From positions 186,001-250,000 of the forward strand of contig OZ237742.1 in the NCBI GenBank assembly GCA_965178125.1: a stretch of 64,000 bases of DNA, in the 5' to 3' direction. Numbering within the stretch: the first letter of the stretch is position 1; each line of letters begins with the position of its first letter. The DNA comes from Bilabrum cf. latius. Taxonomy: Eukaryota. Positions 60,664-64,000 of the stretch are shown here, piece by piece. The notes under the pieces were generated by a model. It was not told the DNA's origin. It was given only the letters and a program-made list of their open reading frames with translations, and did no database searches. A program made the position numbers and the translations under genes.

Positions 60664-61043
60664 GTGGGTGTTCCTTGCGGCGTTCGATGGGCGAACAGCC
60701 AAAAGGGGGGCCCAGTGTAGATCCCGTGGCCAGTGGCAGGTAGTCCCCATAGCGGCTTGAAAGGTCCGTGCCGCCTGCCCAGTGCCCGGGGAAGCACCAG
60801 CCAAAACCAAAGCGCCACGGAAGGAGGAGATTACGAGGAGCAGGTACTAGGTACGAGAGTGGAAGCTGAGGGCAGGACAAAGCGGCCAGCCGGGCCTAGG
60901 CGGCACGGAGACGGCCGTGCTAGCGACAGACGAGTGGGCGACGGTGGGTAGCGGCGCACGAGTGGCGCGTGGCGGGAGAGGGAGAGTGCTGGGGGAGCGA
61001 AGCATTGAGCGGTTGATCGACAGATCCACATTACCAACCATCA
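60664..61043 (+). repeat. Split direct repeat B2 (element 3' end)
   Basis: Copy of 58845-59224. Confidence 0.95.
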
Positions 61044-61171
61044 CCCTGAACGCGCACACTTCCGGTTTTCCTGACTTGGCAAGGGCCGAGCAAACATTGT
61101 CAATTTTGGCGCTACTGAATTGAAAATGACCCAAAAACCAACATCAAAAAGTTTTCATTGATGAACTCACG

Positions 61172-63667
61172 ATGAACGATTGCGCTTGTGCACAGTGTCA
61201 CGGCGCCAGACGACGACTATAGTCCCTTTTGTTCGTTTCGAGTAGTTTCGAGTCGTCACCTGGAGCAAGCCAAGCAGTATTAGCATGTAAATGTATGCTT
61301 AACGCCCACAATAAAGCTTTATTGGATCGTTGGGTTGGGAAAAGGGGACCTGAATGGGCTTTTCCGACGCCTTTCCTGAGGTTCAGATTGTCGGGCTAGC
61401 TGCCTTCGCCTCGTGGTGGCATCTCGAGCATCCACGCTGGCAGCCAGAGGGGTATCGTATTTGTCCTCGGGTGTGGAAGGTCAGGTACAACTGCAGTCGC
61501 GAGGTTCCTTGCGAGTGATGCGAATTCCGTCCACCTGAACGAGCCTCGAGCCCTGTGGATCCCGATCGAGAAATCGCTCGATGTGTGGTCCACGCTGAGC
61601 TGGTAGCGCCAGGGCAGGCTTGCGCGCAACCCACTTACCCGTACTCAGGCTAGTGCAATATCAGGCTATATCGCGCGCGAGGCGGATTGTATCCTGGCTG
61701 CCTAGCCCGACTCGGAGCGCTCACTGGCAGGCAGAGCAGCCTCGCGGACCGACGCCGTGGCCGGTGCCGTGGCCGGTGCCGGTGCTGGTGCCGGTGGTGA
61801 CACGTTAAGCGCTGCCAATGGCAGTGGATCGATGATTGGACCTAATAAGGGCACTAGCATGCGAAACGGCCCATTGATCGTGCACAAGATGCCCGAGGAT
61901 GCCTTCAGGATCCGGGCGCTGCTCCCTTTGGGTCACATGTTGGCTGTGGCGGCACAATCTCCAGATGGTGCGGGCAATGGACCTCCACTAGCATCGCCCG
62001 CACCGACAGCAGGAGGCGCACCAGGCCTGGATAATCAGCGTGGCACCATCGCCGGCTCGCAGGGCCCTCCCTGCCGAGTCGTGCTGGTGCATACCACTCG
62101 CTCTTTGCTGGGCATCGCCAAGTCGATCGGCAAGTTCTCCGCTCCTGCGTGGTTTGGGGAGCCCCCGACACCTGACGAGTGGGCTCGTAGGCTCAGAGAG
62201 CACAGGCAGAGCAAGCGAAAGGCACAGAAAGGAAAATCAAGGGAACAGGGGTCTGAAGTTGCGCGGCAATTCGGGCCAGGTGCAGAGTGCACCAGTGATG
62301 AATCGGTAATCAGAGGCTTGGCCACGCAGTCCGTTGGCATCGGCGACTTTCTATTGTCGCTGGAGATGTGCCGGGCGAGCAGCTCCGTCCGGGTGCTAGC
62401 CCGGAGGGGACCGAGACACGCCAAATGGGCGGCGCTCGGGCTGGCCGCGGCTTGCCTCGACCGCGAGTTGGGTGAGGTGCCGGGTCATGTACGCGAGGCA
62501 GTCCACCAGTGGAGTGCCGCAGAATTCAGCCATGTTGAAGCCCTCGGAAGGTGGAAGCAGGGCAAAATTTTGGCTGCGAGTAGTAGGCTAGACGGGGCAG
62601 GGGCAAAGCCACGGGCAGGGACAGCTGGGGGGACAGAGCAGGGCCAGGAGTCATCTGTCATGGGCAGGTCTGACGACGGCACAGTCTCGGTTGGTGGTCC
62701 TGGCTGCATGCTGCGCGCTTGGATTGCGGTCAGCGAGTTCTGCGCTTTGGTAGGCGGTGGCGGCACTGTCGCAGACACTGGCTCAATGATCGAGCGGGTG
62801 CGTCAAGAGGATGACGATGTTGGCTCAATCATGAGAGGTGTAGTGGAGTCGCGCGGTTTGACCAGTGGTGTTGCGAGCGCAAGTGACCGTCTGCAGGCCG
62901 CCATGCCACTGATGGCTGCGATTGAGAGGGCGGTGTCTATGGTTACTGCACGGCTGCACGCCCTGATGCTCCAGCAGGAAGGCAGGCTGCTCGTCTATGC
63001 ACTGAGGCCGCCTTCGACTGGACCGCAGCACGCCCAGCCCCTGTCGCCATCACTGCTGCCGGTCTGCGAGCTGCTCGGAGGACATACCGGTGGCGGCCAG
63101 TTCCGCCTCGCGCCGATCAGGCCGATCAAGCCCTGGGAGGACACTGATAGCCCAAGCTCCAGCTCCAGCTCCAGCTCATCATCGTCTGCTGCGACCGGGG
63201 ACGGGGACATTTCTGATTCCGGATTGCTCACACCCGTGCTGCTTGAGGTCGACCACAGTACATTTGTGGCAGACCCTGCGCGGCTGTATGGGGTCGTGCG
63301 GCTCCTCTAGCAGCAATTGCAGCAGCAGCAGCAGCAGCAGCGCGGGGGTGTCCTATTGGGCTCGACCGTGCTGGACGCGCCTCTGCCCCCTCTCCCTCCC
63401 GAGGTGCGGCGGGCCTGCGAGGGCGTGCTGGCCTTCGGGAAAAGGCGCGGGATGACTAGGAGTCGGGCTGTCGGACCACTGTGCGATGCCGAGGGGTGTC
63501 ATCCCGCAGAGGGATCGGCTACTCGACCTCGACCTCGGTGCAGTCGTCCATCCCTGGTGTGGGCGGGCATCGTCTCTCGGCTGCCCGCCGTGATGGTGCT
63601 CGTGATGTGGGGCACCGTTTCTGGGTGCCATCATTGGAGCACTGGCAGGCAGGGTGGCGTCGGGTGA
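61172..63667 (+). CDS. Sulfotransferase-family protein with a long C-terminal extension
   Basis: PAPS-binding loop 'IVFVLGCGRSGTT' (about 61454-61495), 'HLNEPRALW', 'IVHKMPEDAFRI', 'VLVHTTR'. One frame with TAG=Gln to TGA 63665-63667. Start is 61172 or 61295. Confidence 0.72.
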
Positions 63668-63844
63668 TGGCAGATCTCTCGGTGGCTGGTACGACCGCAT
63701 CATCGTCGTTGTGTTGCATTGCCACACACATGCATGTCGACCACCACGCACTCATCACAGCTTTTTGCGGAACCGCGCGGCGGCCCAGGATTCCGGAAGG
63801 ATCGGCCCGTCAGCTGGCCGTCACCTATCTATCAAGGAGCAAAC

Positions 63845-63991
63845 ATGGCTGCAAGTGGAGTTTCAGCTAAGGAGCTGTTCGAAACCGACCCTATTACACT
63901 CACGCGATGGCTACTTAGCGAGCAAGCTCGCCATAAGGGAGCTACGGGTGACTTCACACTCCTCATGCAGTCAATTCAGCTGGCAAGCAAG
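63845..63991 (+). CDS. fbp: Fructose-1,6-bisphosphatase class I, first exon (continues beyond the window)
   Basis: 'MAASGVSAKELFETDPITLTRWLLSEQARHKGATGDFTLLMQSIQLASK' matches the FBPase N-terminus and is followed by a GTGAG donor at 63992. Confidence 0.82.
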
Positions 63992-64000
63992 GTGAGACCA

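Larger units (their letters stand above)
52896..61043 (+). mobile_element. Full-length Ngaro-type (DIRS order) tyrosine-recombinase retrotransposon, A1-ORFs-B1-A2-spacer-B2
   Basis: Split direct repeats A (158 bp) and B (380 bp) flank gag-like, RT/RNase H and tyrosine-recombinase ORFs. Confidence 0.92.

Noticed and set aside
58845-61043. LTR pair or assembly duplication
   Set aside because: The A1...B1-A2...B2 order with RT and tyrosine recombinase fits split direct repeats, and no DDE integrase was seen.
1-64000. Region of mass pseudogenisation or sequencing errors creating stops
   Set aside because: The interruptions in host genes are specifically TAG, keep the frame and fall on Gln positions. 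Random decay would also give TGA, TAA and frameshifts.
1-64000. Pyrrolysine or a recoded phage/bacterial genome
   Set aside because: Spliceosomal introns and eukaryote-specific genes (Rab3GAP1, Pol eta, BAH-PHD, PDR) are present, and no pyl genes were seen.

Overview
Gene-dense, GC-rich eukaryotic nuclear DNA with short GT-AG introns. It resembles a heterotrophic protist, possibly a bicosoecid/Cafeteria-like stramenopile (inference only). The main result is a non-standard nuclear genetic code: TAG is read as glutamine, while TAA and TGA remain stops. In-frame TAGs sit at strongly conserved Gln positions (Pol eta 'YAQ', non-LTR RT 'QxGFR' and 'GxPQG', DIRS/Ngaro RT 'QF') and inside CAG/CAA poly-Gln tracts. 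Every gene end I could trace is TGA or TAA. With TAG=Gln the fragmented ORF track joins into about 15 host genes: a Cys-rich multipass membrane protein, a PGPGSY-repeat protein, a two-domain glycosyltransferase with a 25-aa repeat linker, a secreted bulb-type lectin, a full-size ABCG/PDR transporter, a BAH-PHD protein, DNA polymerase eta, Rab3GAP1, APE2, a coiled-coil/poly-Gln protein, an SDR, an LtrA-family protein, a large unknown protein, an ammonium transporter, a sulfotransferase and the first exon of FBPase. The window also holds a full-length 8.1-kb Ngaro-type tyrosine-recombinase retrotransposon with split direct repeats, a 5'-truncated non-LTR retrotransposon, and a decayed tyrosine-recombinase remnant. 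The two better-preserved elements use the host code. All gene models were read by hand and starts are approximate where stated.
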